From assembly GCA_028687275.1 (NCBI GenBank), contig JAQUAK010000001.1, positions 356,213-420,212 of the forward strand: a stretch of DNA of 64,000 bases. Direction: 5' to 3'. Each line of letters begins with the position of its first letter. Position 1 is the stretch's first letter. The notes under the pieces were generated by a model, which was not told the DNA's origin, made no database searches, and was given only the letters and a program-made list of their open reading frames with translations. Source of the DNA: Patescibacteria group bacterium. GTDB taxonomy: Bacteria > Patescibacteriota > Patescibacteriia > Patescibacteriales > UBA12465. The translations under genes were made by a program, and so were the position numbers. This document shows, in pieces, positions 7,199 to 16,744 of the stretch.

Positions 7199-7720
7199 AT
7201 GACAGATAAAATAAAAAATATCTTAAATGAACAAATTCGTGAAGAAATGTATTCTTCTAATTTATATTTAGCAATGTCCGGACGTTTTGAGGCTTTAAAT
7301 TTAAAGGGCATGGCTAATTGGATGCAAATTCAAGCTAAAGAAGAAAATAATCATGCTCTAGGCTTCTTTTATTTCTTATTAAATCGTAGCGTCGAGCCTG
7401 TAATAAGTGCTCTAGCTCAACCTGATTTAAAGGGTCTGGATAAACCGGCAGATCTGTTTGCGGCAGCTTTAAAGCACGAAGGTCATATTACCGCTTGTAT
7501 TAACTCAATTTATGAATTAGCCAAGGAAGAGAAGGACTATGCCTTAGAATCTTTTATTCGCTGGTATATTGATGAGCAAGTAGAAGAAGAGGCTAATGCA
7601 AATGAGATTGTTGATAAAATAAAGTTAATTGGCTCTGAGGGTCCAGCTTTATATATGCTTGATCAGGAATTAGCCGCTCGTACTTTTACTGAATTTATCC
7701 CTGGCAAGACAGCTGCTTAA
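7199..7720 (+). CDS. ftn: Ferritin (non-haem)
   Basis: EQIREEMYSSNLYLAMS...QAKEENNHA...ALKHEGH...IDEQVEEE: ferroxidase-centre Glu/His pattern of ferritin-like proteins. Confidence 0.9.
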   Translation: MTDKIKNILNEQIREEMYSSNLYLAMSGRFEALNLKGMANWMQIQAKEENNHALGFFYFLLNRSVEPVISALAQPDLKGLDKPADLFAAALKHEGHITACINSIYELAKEEKDYALESFIRWYIDEQVEEEANANEIVDKIKLIGSEGPALYMLDQELAARTFTEFIPGKTAA

Positions 7721-7741
7721 ATTAAAATATAGTGTATTATT

Positions 7742-7771
7742 AAAAAGCTCGGATAATTTCCGAGCTTTTTT
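7742..7771 (+). terminator. Rho-independent terminator
   Basis: AGCTCGGA / TCCGAGCT stem, 5-nt loop, T6 tail. Confidence 0.85.
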
Positions 7772-7859
7772 GTAGGCTTTTTATCCTTATGAACTTTATT
7801 GTTGTTTTAAGCCATTTATTATATAATAATCTTAGTGATTAAATATAAATTTAAGCTTT

Positions 7860-10100
7860 ATGTCAGCTAAAAATTATCAACGTATTTTACAAATTGGCGT
7901 TTTTGCCTCTTTGGGTGTCGTTTTTCTTGTTTTTTCTAATCTGCTTTTCCCCTATATCTCTTCTAAGCAGTTAAGTTTTAATATTCTAATTGAAGCTTTA
8001 TTGCCTTTCTGGTTGTTATTGATTTGGAAGTACCCAGCCTTTAGACCTCAGCGCTCACCCATAACTTGGGGGCTCTTAGCCTATTTATTAATCATTTTAG
8101 TGTCTTCTTTTACTGGAATTGATTTTAATTTAAGTTTCTGGGGTGACATTGAACGTTTATTAGGCTTTTTTCATATTTTTCATTTCTTCATTCTATACCT
8201 TTATATCATTACCGTCTTTCGTAATAAGACGGATTGGTATTGGTTATTATCGGCCTCAGTTCTCGTAGCCAGCGTTGAAGCAATTATTATCGCCCGTGGA
8301 CAAGATATCGGTACTATTGGTAATACAGCTTATGTTAGTGGTTATTTAATTTTTAATTTATTTTTTGCTGTTCTATTATTATTAGGTACTGCTTGGCAGA
8401 AACAATGGCCATACTACATCGCCATTATTCTAATGTTAATTGCCTTTTTTAGGGCTGATACTTCAGGCGCAATTATTGGTCTAGGCATAAGTTTGCTTTT
8501 TCTGTTATTTTTGCTCGGGATATTTGCGGCTCGTCGCTTGTGGCGTCGAAGCTCTTTAATTGTCTTTGTAGCTGCCTTGCTTATAGTTGGGGCTTTGTTT
8601 TCTCAATACAATCAGCCATGGTTTAAAAATAATGCCTTTTTACATGATTTAAGTTCTAATAAGGCTACTTTTCAAACACGTTTAATCTCCTGGCGTGGCG
8701 CTCAAGCTGATTTTCATTTACACCCTTGGCTAGGAAATGGCTTTGGTAATTATGCCATGATTTTTGATCGTCAGTTTGATCCTAAGTTTTTTGATTATTC
8801 AACTTCAGACACCTATTTTGATAGGGCTCACAATAATTTAATTGATATCGCTTCCACCACTGGTATTATTGGCTTATTAGCCTACCTCAGTATTTTTGTG
8901 GCCGCGGCTTTTGTTTGGCGTCGCAAGATTATGAGTGAGGGGAAGATAATTAAGTCTGGGCCTGATGGTTTACGTATGAGGGAACTGTTAGTTTTAGCAG
9001 CCTTGCTCTTAGCCTATTTCATTCAGAATCTAGCTGTGTTTGACTCTCTAGTTACTTACATCCCCTTAATGCTGACTCTGGGCTACTTGGTGAGTCTGAC
9101 GCAAAAAAATGATGATAGCGATGATATAATTTTAGCGGAAGCTAGTGATAGCGCTACGGCCGGCAAAGAGCTTTTCTTTTTAATATTATTTTCAATTACA
9201 GCCATCTTCTTCATTTATCAGTATAATCTTCGTCCTTTAATTATGATGAAGACTACAATTAATGGTTATGCTGATTTAGCTTACGGAAATTACAATGAAG
9301 GTTTTAAAGAATATGAAAGGGCTTTATCAATGGGCACGCCTCTTGATCGTGATGCTCGTAATACTTTAATTAATTTGGTTGTAAGCAAGCCGACAATATT
9401 CGCTAGTTTAACTGGCGACAACATGAATAAGTATTTGGAATATGTTTTGTCTTTATCTGAGACCAATTTACAATATAATGAGAATGATAGTTTAGCTCAA
9501 ATGCAAGCTGCTCAGCTCTACGATATCGCTTCTCGTTACTATTCTCAGGAACCAGATATTTTTAAACTGTATTCTGATAAGGCCCTTGAGGCAATTGAAA
9601 AGTCTTCTGCCGCTAGTCCCCGTCGCATTCCAGTGTATTTCATTAAGGCACAAATTCAGGCTAATCGCGGTGACTTAGCTGCTGCCGAAGAATCATTTTT
9701 AATTGCTTATAATTTAAATCCAAATTATGTTGAAGTTCATTGTCAGCTGGCAAATTATTATTTCTTAACTGAATCTGATAAATATATTGACTATAGTAAT
9801 AATTGTCTTGAGCGGGGTGGTAAAAATTTAATGCCTTCAACTTTAGGTGGGGCGGTTAACTATTATCAGGAGCAGGAAGATAATGCTCATTTACTTTTAG
9901 CCTATCGCCTATTAGTTATTCAGGGCAACGAGGACGCGCTCTTATACGCTAATTTAGCCAAGCTGGAGATGGGCGCTGGTAATTTGGAAGAGGCTTTAAA
10001 TTATGCCGTGATGGCGGCTGACATTGATCCAAGTTTACGTCCAGCTGTACAATCATTTATGCAAGAGATTGAAAAGCTTAAAAATGAGCAAGTGCAGTAG
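7860..10100 (+). CDS. O-antigen ligase-like (Wzy_C) polytopic membrane protein fused to C-terminal TPR repeats
   Basis: About 11 TM segments, the YFDRAHNNLIDIASTTGIIGLLAYL motif typical of Wzy_C, and a C-terminal ~300-aa TPR-like helical repeat region. Confidence 0.8.
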   Translation: MSAKNYQRILQIGVFASLGVVFLVFSNLLFPYISSKQLSFNILIEALLPFWLLLIWKYPAFRPQRSPITWGLLAYLLIILVSSFTGIDFNLSFWGDIERLLGFFHIFHFFILYLYIITVFRNKTDWYWLLSASVLVASVEAIIIARGQDIGTIGNTAYVSGYLIFNLFFAVLLLLGTAWQKQWPYYIAIILMLIAFFRADTSGAIIGLGISLLFLLFLLGIFAARRLWRRSSLIVFVAALLIVGALFSQYNQPWFKNNAFLHDLSSNKATFQTRLISWRGAQADFHLHPWLGNGFGNYAMIFDRQFDPKFFDYSTSDTYFDRAHNNLIDIASTTGIIGLLAYLSIFVAAAFVWRRKIMSEGKIIKSGPDGLRMRELLVLAALLLAYFIQNLAVFDSLVTYIPLMLTLGYLVSLTQKNDDSDDIILAEASDSATAGKELFFLILFSITAIFFIYQYNLRPLIMMKTTINGYADLAYGNYNEGFKEYERALSMGTPLDRDARNTLINLVVSKPTIFASLTGDNMNKYLEYVLSLSETNLQYNENDSLAQMQAAQLYDIASRYYSQEPDIFKLYSDKALEAIEKSSAASPRRIPVYFIKAQIQANRGDLAAAEESFLIAYNLNPNYVEVHCQLANYYFLTESDKYIDYSNNCLERGGKNLMPSTLGGAVNYYQEQEDNAHLLLAYRLLVIQGNEDALLYANLAKLEMGAGNLEEALNYAVMAADIDPSLRPAVQSFMQEIEKLKNEQVQ

Positions 10101-10126
10101 AAAATAATAATTTAGCAAAAATATCT

Positions 10127-10157
10127 TAAAACGTCCGTTAACACGGGCGTTTTTTTG
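10127..10157 (+). terminator. Rho-independent terminator
   Basis: ACGTCCG / CGGGCGT stem (one G.U), T7 tail. Confidence 0.75.
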
Positions 10158-10309
10158 TTAAATAATTTCATGGATAATTTAATAAAATCTTCAGCTGTCT
10201 TCAGCTCTGTTTTGCTAAACTATTTTTGGTGCCATAATTTGCCGAACAGCCTTTTGCCCTTAATATCAACGCGCCGTGTTTAGGGGCAAAAGGCTACGGC
10301 CCTAATCAT

Positions 10310-11260
10310 ATGTTATTACCATTAATTTCTAAAAAGAAAACTAAGTATCAAATCTTCTGGCAGAAATATCGCTGGTGGCTGTTGTTAGCTAGTTTTATTC
10401 TTTTGCTTTTCATTTTACTAAGTCCTTATATTTTTCGTTCCTGGACAAAATATCCAGAAAAACTACGAGCAGAAATTGCTTGGCGTCATTTTGAACATAC
10501 TTTTGCTTATGATTGTCGGGAGGAGTGCCTATCTAAACGTCAGTCCTATGCTGGTATCTGGCGTCTAGCTTATGCTAATAAGCCTGAATTATTTAATCAG
10601 TTTTTCAATGAAGTTTTTAGTGAAGATAACCCTGAACTACAGGCCGCTTTAATTAAAATAATGTCAGCTGATAAGAAAGGTCAAGTATTACCACCTGTTT
10701 TAGCTCGAGTAATCGCTAACCCTCAGGCTTCTTTGGAAAACAAGCGCCTAATTGTTAATTTTTTTCCTGAGTATTTTAATGATGATGATTGGCTTGAGCA
10801 ATTAAGGTCACAATTACTTGATGAGGGATTATCTCCAAGTGACCGAGTCTATGCACTTGAACTATTAAAGGCTTTTCCTAGTCAAATTAATGCTTTAAGT
10901 TTGAAAAAGATAATTTTAAGTAATACCCCTGAAGGATTATTAACAAGCGCTTGTCAGCAAGCTGGTCAGTGGCCAAGTGATTTATTTCTTTGGTCAAATA
11001 ATGATCTTGAACAATTAATTAAGATAATTTTAAGCTCAAAATCAGGGCCTTTGCGTTGGCGGCGACTGTGGCTGTTAAGTGATATGAAAGCTGATAACTC
11101 TAAATTAAGTGTATCGTTGCAGTCCTTAGCTAATAATCAAGACTTGGATAACATTAGCCGTGGCATTGCCGCTGAGACCCTAAGTTCAAATTTTTCTATC
11201 GATATTAATACGCCTAATCCGACGGCCGCGGAGTGGCAATTATTTTATGAACAAATATAA
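10310..11260 (+). CDS. Hypothetical membrane-anchored helical-repeat (HEAT-like) protein
   Basis: N-terminal TM (WWLLLASFILLLFILL) followed by an all-alpha repetitive region. Overlaps the next gene by 14 nt. Confidence 0.6.
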   Translation: MLLPLISKKKTKYQIFWQKYRWWLLLASFILLLFILLSPYIFRSWTKYPEKLRAEIAWRHFEHTFAYDCREECLSKRQSYAGIWRLAYANKPELFNQFFNEVFSEDNPELQAALIKIMSADKKGQVLPPVLARVIANPQASLENKRLIVNFFPEYFNDDDWLEQLRSQLLDEGLSPSDRVYALELLKAFPSQINALSLKKIILSNTPEGLLTSACQQAGQWPSDLFLWSNNDLEQLIKIILSSKSGPLRWRRLWLLSDMKADNSKLSVSLQSLANNQDLDNISRGIAAETLSSNFSIDINTPNPTAAEWQLFYEQI

Positions 11261-14200
11261 ATACACTTTAATCGGCCTATTAGCCATATTACAAATCATT
11301 GTTTTTAGAGCTACCGCTTTAGCGATGGAGCCAGGCACGCTCTTATACCGTACTTCTAGTAACGGTTTGATGTATGGTTATAGTAGTAAGGATCTGATTA
11401 AACAAAAAAATGGTATTATGACCCATATTTATCCTGGCCATGCCGCTATTTATATTGGCCAAGAGGATGGCGTTGATTATATTGTTGAGGCTTTAAGCAG
11501 CGGAATTGTGAAGACACCGGCTAAATATTTTATCAATGAATCTTTAGGAGAGGAATTGGTAGCTTCAAAATTACCTAAAGATGCTAGCCCTTGGCAAAGA
11601 GCTAAAGCGGTGGCTTTGGCTAAATATTTAGCTAGTGCTGACCTAGCCTATGATTTCGATTTTTCTGCTCAAAAAGGTCCTTGGAGTGGTGATTGGACTT
11701 GTGTTGGTCTAACAGAAAAGGTCTATGAAAGCGCTAACGCATCTAATCCAGAACGTTTGGGTGCCTTAGAATATAATTATGATTATTACGCTGTTGATAT
11801 AACGCCCGATGGTTATGATAATGATAGTTATTATAATGATGAGGGCGATTGTTTTTCTAGTCGTCGTGAATTCTCTAAGATTAGCCGTCGCAAAAATACA
11901 ATTCTGCCAGTGCCAGAAATTATTGGTTATAACGCCGGAAAAGAATATGGGGGTAATCGTTATATATTTATACCCTATACCCAAGCTCTACAAAGTAGTT
12001 TGCGCGATGTGCCTGTTGATATTGAGCTGAGCGCTAGTTTTAACGACAACATGGTCCGAGGCAAGGTAAATAGCATCGGGTTAATTTTAAAATGGAGTTT
12101 AATTAATAATCCTGCCTCCAGCGTGAAAAAAATTGCCTCTAGTATTAGCGATGGTCTTGGTGATATGTTTAATGGCAGTTCAAAAACAGATGAGTTGTTA
12201 TGGGCCGAATCTGATTCATCTAATAATACTAAAGAAGCACTTAATTCTACTAGTGAAAATACGAAAATAATACCGGCGGTTGCTTTAAAAGCTGATATTA
12301 ATCCTAGTCTAGAAAAAGAAAAAATGCCTGTGCTTAACAGTGAGCCTGAACTTGAAAATGTTGTTGTTAAAAAATCAGAAACGAAAAGAGAGGCCTCAAC
12401 AGAGCCTAGCAGTATTTCGGCTGATATTTTTAGTTCTTTGCGGGTTGAAGATAAAACTGATGATCCTGTAGAAAAGGTTTCTAGTAAAACGGAGGTAAAA
12501 GTTAACACTAAGACGACTAGAGAACTGAGTGCGGCGAGTACAAAAATAGATGATAAAAATATTGCTTTATGGACGCCCTTAGTTAATAAGATGGTTACTA
12601 CTACTAGTAGTGATATTAGTGAAGATAAGACAGAAAACACTAGCGACAATAATGATAATCAAGTTGAAGCGCCATTAACTTTAGTTATTAGTCGTTTATA
12701 TGCTGAGGGTAATGACGACTGGCTTGAGCTTTATAACTATGGTGAAAGTGATATTGATTTAGCTGCTCGGGCTATTCGTTTAGAAAAGAGTCGCACCGCT
12801 TTAAACCCTGGTATTATGTTGCGCTTTGATAATAGTGGTGACGCTGATTTCCCTGGGGGCACGGTAATTGCCGCTAATTCAGCTTATCGCATTGTGCGTG
12901 ACGATGCCTCTTCCGAATTAAAAATAGCTGCTCATGCTATTGCTAAACGTGATGATTTTATTTTTACTGATAGTGGCTATACCCTATATTTAGCTAGTGG
13001 AGTTGTTAGCGCTCCTGATGATCCTGATATTTTAGACTATATTGGTTATGGTGAGGCCTCATATTATGAAGGAGTAGGACCGGCACCGGCTTTAGAAGAA
13101 AATTACTTACTCAGACGTAAAGCGGATAGTAATACAACTTTGTCTGAAATATTAAATGAGGGCACGAAGAAAAATTGGGCACCAATTTATGATAGTAATA
13201 ATAATAGTCGTGATTTTTTGCTTTGGCCTTTGGGCGGAGAAGAAATTATTCCTGAACCAGAACCAGAACCTGAGCCTGAGCCTGAACCAGAACCTGAGCC
13301 TGAACCAGAACCAGAACCTGAGCCTGAAGAAAATATTCCTTTTACCTTAGTTCCAGGTATTGATAGTAATGGCTTAACTTATTTATGGTCATTTGATGAA
13401 TGTCGGGATAATAGTATTCAAGAAATGATTAATAAGACGGATAGCTTAACTTCAAGTGTGGCTTTAAATTGGGATATTGGTCGTTGGGGTTGTGCTCAAC
13501 ATTTACGTTATCGTGAAGAGGGAATTGGGTCTGAATTAAGTAGGGCGATAAGCGGAGAAAATTTTAGCTTAGCATTTCAATTTAAAGGTGATGGTGATTA
13601 CGCTCACTCCTATTATGTTTTAAGTAATCAGAGTGAAAATATTTCTATAAATTTACAATTATTCAATGGCATGATTGAGTTCAGTGGCTTGCCGGGATTA
13701 TCTGGTCGCTACGCCATGCCTAAATTTATGGATAATAATTGGCATCAGCTTGTGTTTGTTTGGTCTAGCCAAGAAGGCTTTTGGGCTGTATATATTGAGG
13801 GAGAAAGATTGTTTTATCAAGAGTTTTTAGGTTTATCACCAGATTTTAACCATTTATTTGTAGCTGCTAACGCGGGCGATGTTTATGTAGATGAATTGGC
13901 GTTATGGAATCGAGTTTTAACTGAGACTGAAATTAATAATTGGGTAAGTAATCCCGCCCCCTTTAATCCACAAATTAGTCGTGAAGCGCCACCAGTCTTA
14001 TCTCTATTACATGCCTGGAATTTTAATGAGGCTGGTGGAGAATTAGCGGCTGATAGCGTTGGTGGTTTAGATTGGCATTTACCAGCCAACTCAATTGTTT
14101 ATAATGGTTTAGATGGGCGTGCTTTAAATTATGCCCCTTTAAATAATAATTATGAGTTAGATAATATTAATCTAAGTAATAATAATTTTTCTTTGTCCTG

Positions 14201-14609
14201 GTGGTGGCAAGATCAGGCTCCTGGTAATTATAATGGTCGTATGCATTTAGGACTGCTTGACGAAAATGATGGTGAAATAGCTAGTTTTGAATTGAGTAAC
14301 TTTCGGCAAGTATTACATACTAACGGACAGGAGTTACGTTGGGCCGACGGCTATGAAGTATTGGCAGCTGATAAAGATTGGCATCATGTAGCTCTAGTTT
14401 ATGATAATTATCGTTATCTTTGGCAATTTTATGTTGATAGTGCTTTAAAATTAGAAGCAAATAGATTGCCGCTTAAATTAGGGAAGATCAATGGTTTATA
14501 TATGTCCTCTGGGGTTACAGATTATAGGTTAGATAATTTTAAAATTTGGCAGGGAGCTCTAGACGCAGGCATGGTTTTATCTGAATATGAAGCAGAGAAG
14601 AGGGAATAA
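11247..14609 (+). CDS. Giant secreted multidomain protein: permuted papain-like (YiiX/C92-type) domain, disordered spacer, lamin-tail domain, (PE)13 linker, two LamG/concanavalin-like domains
   Basis: Signal peptide. YPGHAAIYIG...GDWTCVGLTEKVY (His-before-Cys order of permuted NlpC/P60). LVISRLYAEGNDDWLELYNYG (LTD signature). Two LamG-like regions: one after the PE linker (WSFDEC...) and one from LLHAWNFNEAGG. Confidence 0.85.
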   Translation: MNKYKYTLIGLLAILQIIVFRATALAMEPGTLLYRTSSNGLMYGYSSKDLIKQKNGIMTHIYPGHAAIYIGQEDGVDYIVEALSSGIVKTPAKYFINESLGEELVASKLPKDASPWQRAKAVALAKYLASADLAYDFDFSAQKGPWSGDWTCVGLTEKVYESANASNPERLGALEYNYDYYAVDITPDGYDNDSYYNDEGDCFSSRREFSKISRRKNTILPVPEIIGYNAGKEYGGNRYIFIPYTQALQSSLRDVPVDIELSASFNDNMVRGKVNSIGLILKWSLINNPASSVKKIASSISDGLGDMFNGSSKTDELLWAESDSSNNTKEALNSTSENTKIIPAVALKADINPSLEKEKMPVLNSEPELENVVVKKSETKREASTEPSSISADIFSSLRVEDKTDDPVEKVSSKTEVKVNTKTTRELSAASTKIDDKNIALWTPLVNKMVTTTSSDISEDKTENTSDNNDNQVEAPLTLVISRLYAEGNDDWLELYNYGESDIDLAARAIRLEKSRTALNPGIMLRFDNSGDADFPGGTVIAANSAYRIVRDDASSELKIAAHAIAKRDDFIFTDSGYTLYLASGVVSAPDDPDILDYIGYGEASYYEGVGPAPALEENYLLRRKADSNTTLSEILNEGTKKNWAPIYDSNNNSRDFLLWPLGGEEIIPEPEPEPEPEPEPEPEPEPEPEPEPEENIPFTLVPGIDSNGLTYLWSFDECRDNSIQEMINKTDSLTSSVALNWDIGRWGCAQHLRYREEGIGSELSRAISGENFSLAFQFKGDGDYAHSYYVLSNQSENISINLQLFNGMIEFSGLPGLSGRYAMPKFMDNNWHQLVFVWSSQEGFWAVYIEGERLFYQEFLGLSPDFNHLFVAANAGDVYVDELALWNRVLTETEINNWVSNPAPFNPQISREAPPVLSLLHAWNFNEAGGELAADSVGGLDWHLPANSIVYNGLDGRALNYAPLNNNYELDNINLSNNNFSLSWWWQDQAPGNYNGRMHLGLLDENDGEIASFELSNFRQVLHTNGQELRWADGYEVLAADKDWHHVALVYDNYRYLWQFYVDSALKLEANRLPLKLGKINGLYMSSGVTDYRLDNFKIWQGALDAGMVLSEYEAEKRE
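13251..13328 (+). repeat. 78-nt hexanucleotide tandem repeat (CCW GAR)13 encoding (Pro-Glu)13
   Basis: cctgaaccagaaccagaacctgagcctgag... read directly from the sequence. Confidence 0.95.
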
Positions 14610-14612
14610 AAT

Positions 14613-14641
14613 AAAAAAGAGGAACATTGTTGTTCCTCCAG
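14613..14641. terminator. Bidirectional terminator hairpin
   Basis: GAGGAACA / TGTTCCTC perfect stem, TTGT loop. The A6 run on the 5' side gives a T-run for the minus-strand gene. Confidence 0.6.
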
Positions 14642-14661
14642 TCTTCTTTATTCTAATTCTA

Positions 14662-14919
14662 CTATTTTTCTTTCTTCGCTCTACATAGCTTTACAATGTA
14701 GTATATGGTTACTAAAAAAAGTAGAATTAAGACTGGGATCAAAAAATCCCAGTCTAGAGTCTTTTCGGTGATTATAATTTCTTTAGGATCGTTATTGACA
14801 ATCGTTAAATAAATTATGTCCGTACACGCAGACAAACTACTTATAAGTAGCAGAATAATTGCGGTTTGTTTAAGTTTCCGTTTCATATCATTAGGTTTTA
14901 AGGTACATATTTGCTTCAC
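14662..14919 (-). CDS. Small putative lipoprotein / membrane protein
   Basis: Lipobox-like LLISSLSAC after a basic N-terminus, plus a C-terminal TM segment. 85 aa. Confidence 0.5.
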   Translation of the reverse strand: MKQICTLKPNDMKRKLKQTAIILLLISSLSACTDIIYLTIVNNDPKEIIITEKTLDWDFLIPVLILLFLVTIYYIVKLCRAKKEK

Positions 14920-14982
14920 TTTCAGTTTATTATCTGACCTTTACCTTATTTTGTCAATGATAGTAAATTATTTTCAGTGAAT

Positions 14983-15021
14983 AAAAAAAGACCAGCTTGC
15001 TATCGGTTGATAGGGCTGGTC
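14983..15021 (-). terminator. Rho-independent terminator (minus strand)
   Basis: GACCAGC...GCTGGTC outer stem with nested CTATC/GATAG. The A7 run on the + strand gives a U-run on the minus strand. Confidence 0.75.
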
Positions 15022-15046
15022 TGGGGAGCTAGATTAAACTTTATGT

Positions 15047-16168
15047 TTATTCCATCTCCAATTTGATTTTTGATTTTTTACCCCCGATTTCATATTCGAG
15101 ATTGAATTTCTTACCACCTTTTGGCATTACTTTGCCGATTGCGGTGATTATTGTTTCAAGCTCAGAGATAGGAGCTGGAGTCACAGCCGGAGCTGGGATA
15201 GGGGTGGCGGCAGAGCTTTCAGTAATTTCAGTTACAATCTCTTCCGTGGCGGGGCGAATATATTCTGCTTCCTTTACAAATCTCCAACCAGACGGCAGGA
15301 TAATGTTTCCATTTTCGTCTCGGTTGAGTGTGTTTATTCTGCCTGAAGATATAACCATCCCAGTTTTGTTGCCACAGTGACTGCGATAGAGCTCTTGGAT
15401 TGTTTTCTCACCACTAGTTCTTAATGTAGCAAGGACATAAGTCTCTCCACTTTTAACGGTAACGTTCCTTTTAATGCCATCTCCAAATTCCATCTCCACT
15501 CTTAGTTTTTCTGGACCGGAGTCTCTTACCAGAATAACTCTCTCGGTTCTAAGAACATTATTAGGGCGAACTTCTGATATTCTAGCAATTTGATCAGCTG
15601 CTATTAGCGGATCATTGCTTAAGCCTCCACGCATGACGGGCTGATGGTTGTCCGGGTTTTGATTATATTTGATGCTGTTTCTTATTATGAAAATAATAAG
15701 GAGAATCATGGCAATCAACATTAAGGCAAGCATTAACCATACCCAGGCCGGACGTTCTGCTTTTTCTTCAGTGACTGGAATCGGGTCTGGTTCAACTGGA
15801 GGTAAAACTATTACTGCCGGTTGGGTTGGTAGCTCATAATTCATGTACCTCTCAGTCAAGAGCCATATACAGTCATGACGACCATCGTGCAATTGAGGGG
15901 CATCTGCCACCCAATATTCAGGGCTGTCATAAATGTTTCGCGCTGGAAAAAGAATAGTGTCACCTACCTGAATTTTATTCAAATCCTTGAAGCGGTTTGC
16001 ATTTAGCTTTAAGGCTGCTCGGTACACATCTGCAAATTTATGTGTGTCAAATTTACCTCCATTTTCTTTTTCCCATCCATTGGTGGTGAATTCCTGAGCG
16101 TGGCTCAAATTGCCCGCAAAGAGCATCGTAACCATTACGATTACGAAATACAGAAAACTGTTTTTCAT
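15047..16168 (-). CDS. Hypothetical single-pass membrane protein with signal peptide (compositional outlier)
   Basis: MKNSFLYFVIVMVTMLFAGNLSHAQE signal, a mid-protein TM (WVWLMLALMLIAMILLIIFII), and a Pro/Ala-rich segment near the C-terminus. Noticeably higher GC than its neighbours (31/60 in line 15181). Confidence 0.7.
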   Translation of the reverse strand: MKNSFLYFVIVMVTMLFAGNLSHAQEFTTNGWEKENGGKFDTHKFADVYRAALKLNANRFKDLNKIQVGDTILFPARNIYDSPEYWVADAPQLHDGRHDCIWLLTERYMNYELPTQPAVIVLPPVEPDPIPVTEEKAERPAWVWLMLALMLIAMILLIIFIIRNSIKYNQNPDNHQPVMRGGLSNDPLIAADQIARISEVRPNNVLRTERVILVRDSGPEKLRVEMEFGDGIKRNVTVKSGETYVLATLRTSGEKTIQELYRSHCGNKTGMVISSGRINTLNRDENGNIILPSGWRFVKEAEYIRPATEEIVTEITESSAATPIPAPAVTPAPISELETIITAIGKVMPKGGKKFNLEYEIGGKKSKIKLEME

Positions 16169-16335
16169 GTTTTACTATTTTTATGTTAATGAACAGTTTG
16201 CCGGAAACTTCCGCTGCTCATGTTGATAATAATAGCATATTTTATGTTAATTGTCAAGGTCTTGTCAATAATCTTTAAACATAGCCTTAAGATTTGATTT
16301 TTTTCTTTATTTTTAGTACGATTAAGGTGTTAATC

Positions 16336-16692
16336 GGGGTAAGTAAGCGGCCGCTCTTTTGCGTTATATAACTCAAAGGGGAGGAAAGTCCGGACTTCAT
16401 AAAAAGGGCAGCGGATAATGACCGCCAAGAGTAATCTTAGGGAAAGTGCCACAGAGACAATACTATCTATCTTCATTGATAGAGAAAGGTGAAAAGTTAC
16501 TTGGTGTCCTTTAGGGCTACAAGTTTCGACCGTCGGTAACGACGTGTTCGTGGTAAACCCTGCCTGAAGCAAGAGCAAAGCCAGATGATGCGCAAGTATT
16601 TTTTGGTAAAAAGTAGCTCGCTTGACTTAATTGGTGACAATTAAGCTAGATAAATGGCCGCTCACGACAGAATCCGGCTTATCGCTTACCCC
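16336..16692 (+). ncRNA. rnpB: RNase P RNA (bacterial type)
   Basis: GAGGAAAGTCCGGAC (P4 5' strand), AGGGAAAGTGCCACAGAGA, GGTAAACCC, and ACAGAATCCGGCTTATCGCTTACCCC (P4 3' strand plus P1, pairing with the 5' GGGGTAAGTAAGCGG). Confidence 0.9.
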
Positions 16693-16744
16693 TGTTAATA
16701 TTTTTTAATAAAATATTAATTATTAAATCGCTTTAATCATCAGT

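Noticed and set aside
3593-10203. Shared 11-mer AGCTGTCTTCA (3593-3603 and 10193-10203), plus nearby TTTGCCGAAC-like strings, as possible direct repeats bounding a 6.6-kb element
   Set aside because: Hundreds of chance 11-mer pairs are expected in 64 kb (roughly L^2/2 divided by 4^11). The additional similarity is only 7-8 nt, and there are no mobility genes.
11975-12649. 224-aa ORF antisense to the disordered S/T/K/E-rich region of the 1120-aa gene (also 11766..11984, 11809..12030, 13156..13350, 13883..14089)
   Set aside because: Low-complexity, Leu/Ser-rich mirror translations of a well-supported sense gene. They have no promoter or terminator of their own. This is the usual artefact of codon-biased repetitive coding DNA.
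13251-13328. Regular short repeat considered as a CRISPR-like array
   Set aside because: The period is 6 nt with no spacers, and it is in frame inside a CDS encoding (PE)13. No CRISPR array or cas gene exists in the window.
16330-16578. 82-aa minus-strand ORF
   Set aside because: It overlaps the RNase P RNA gene, which carries the conserved GAGGAAAGTCCGG and ACAGAATCCGGC elements. Not coding.
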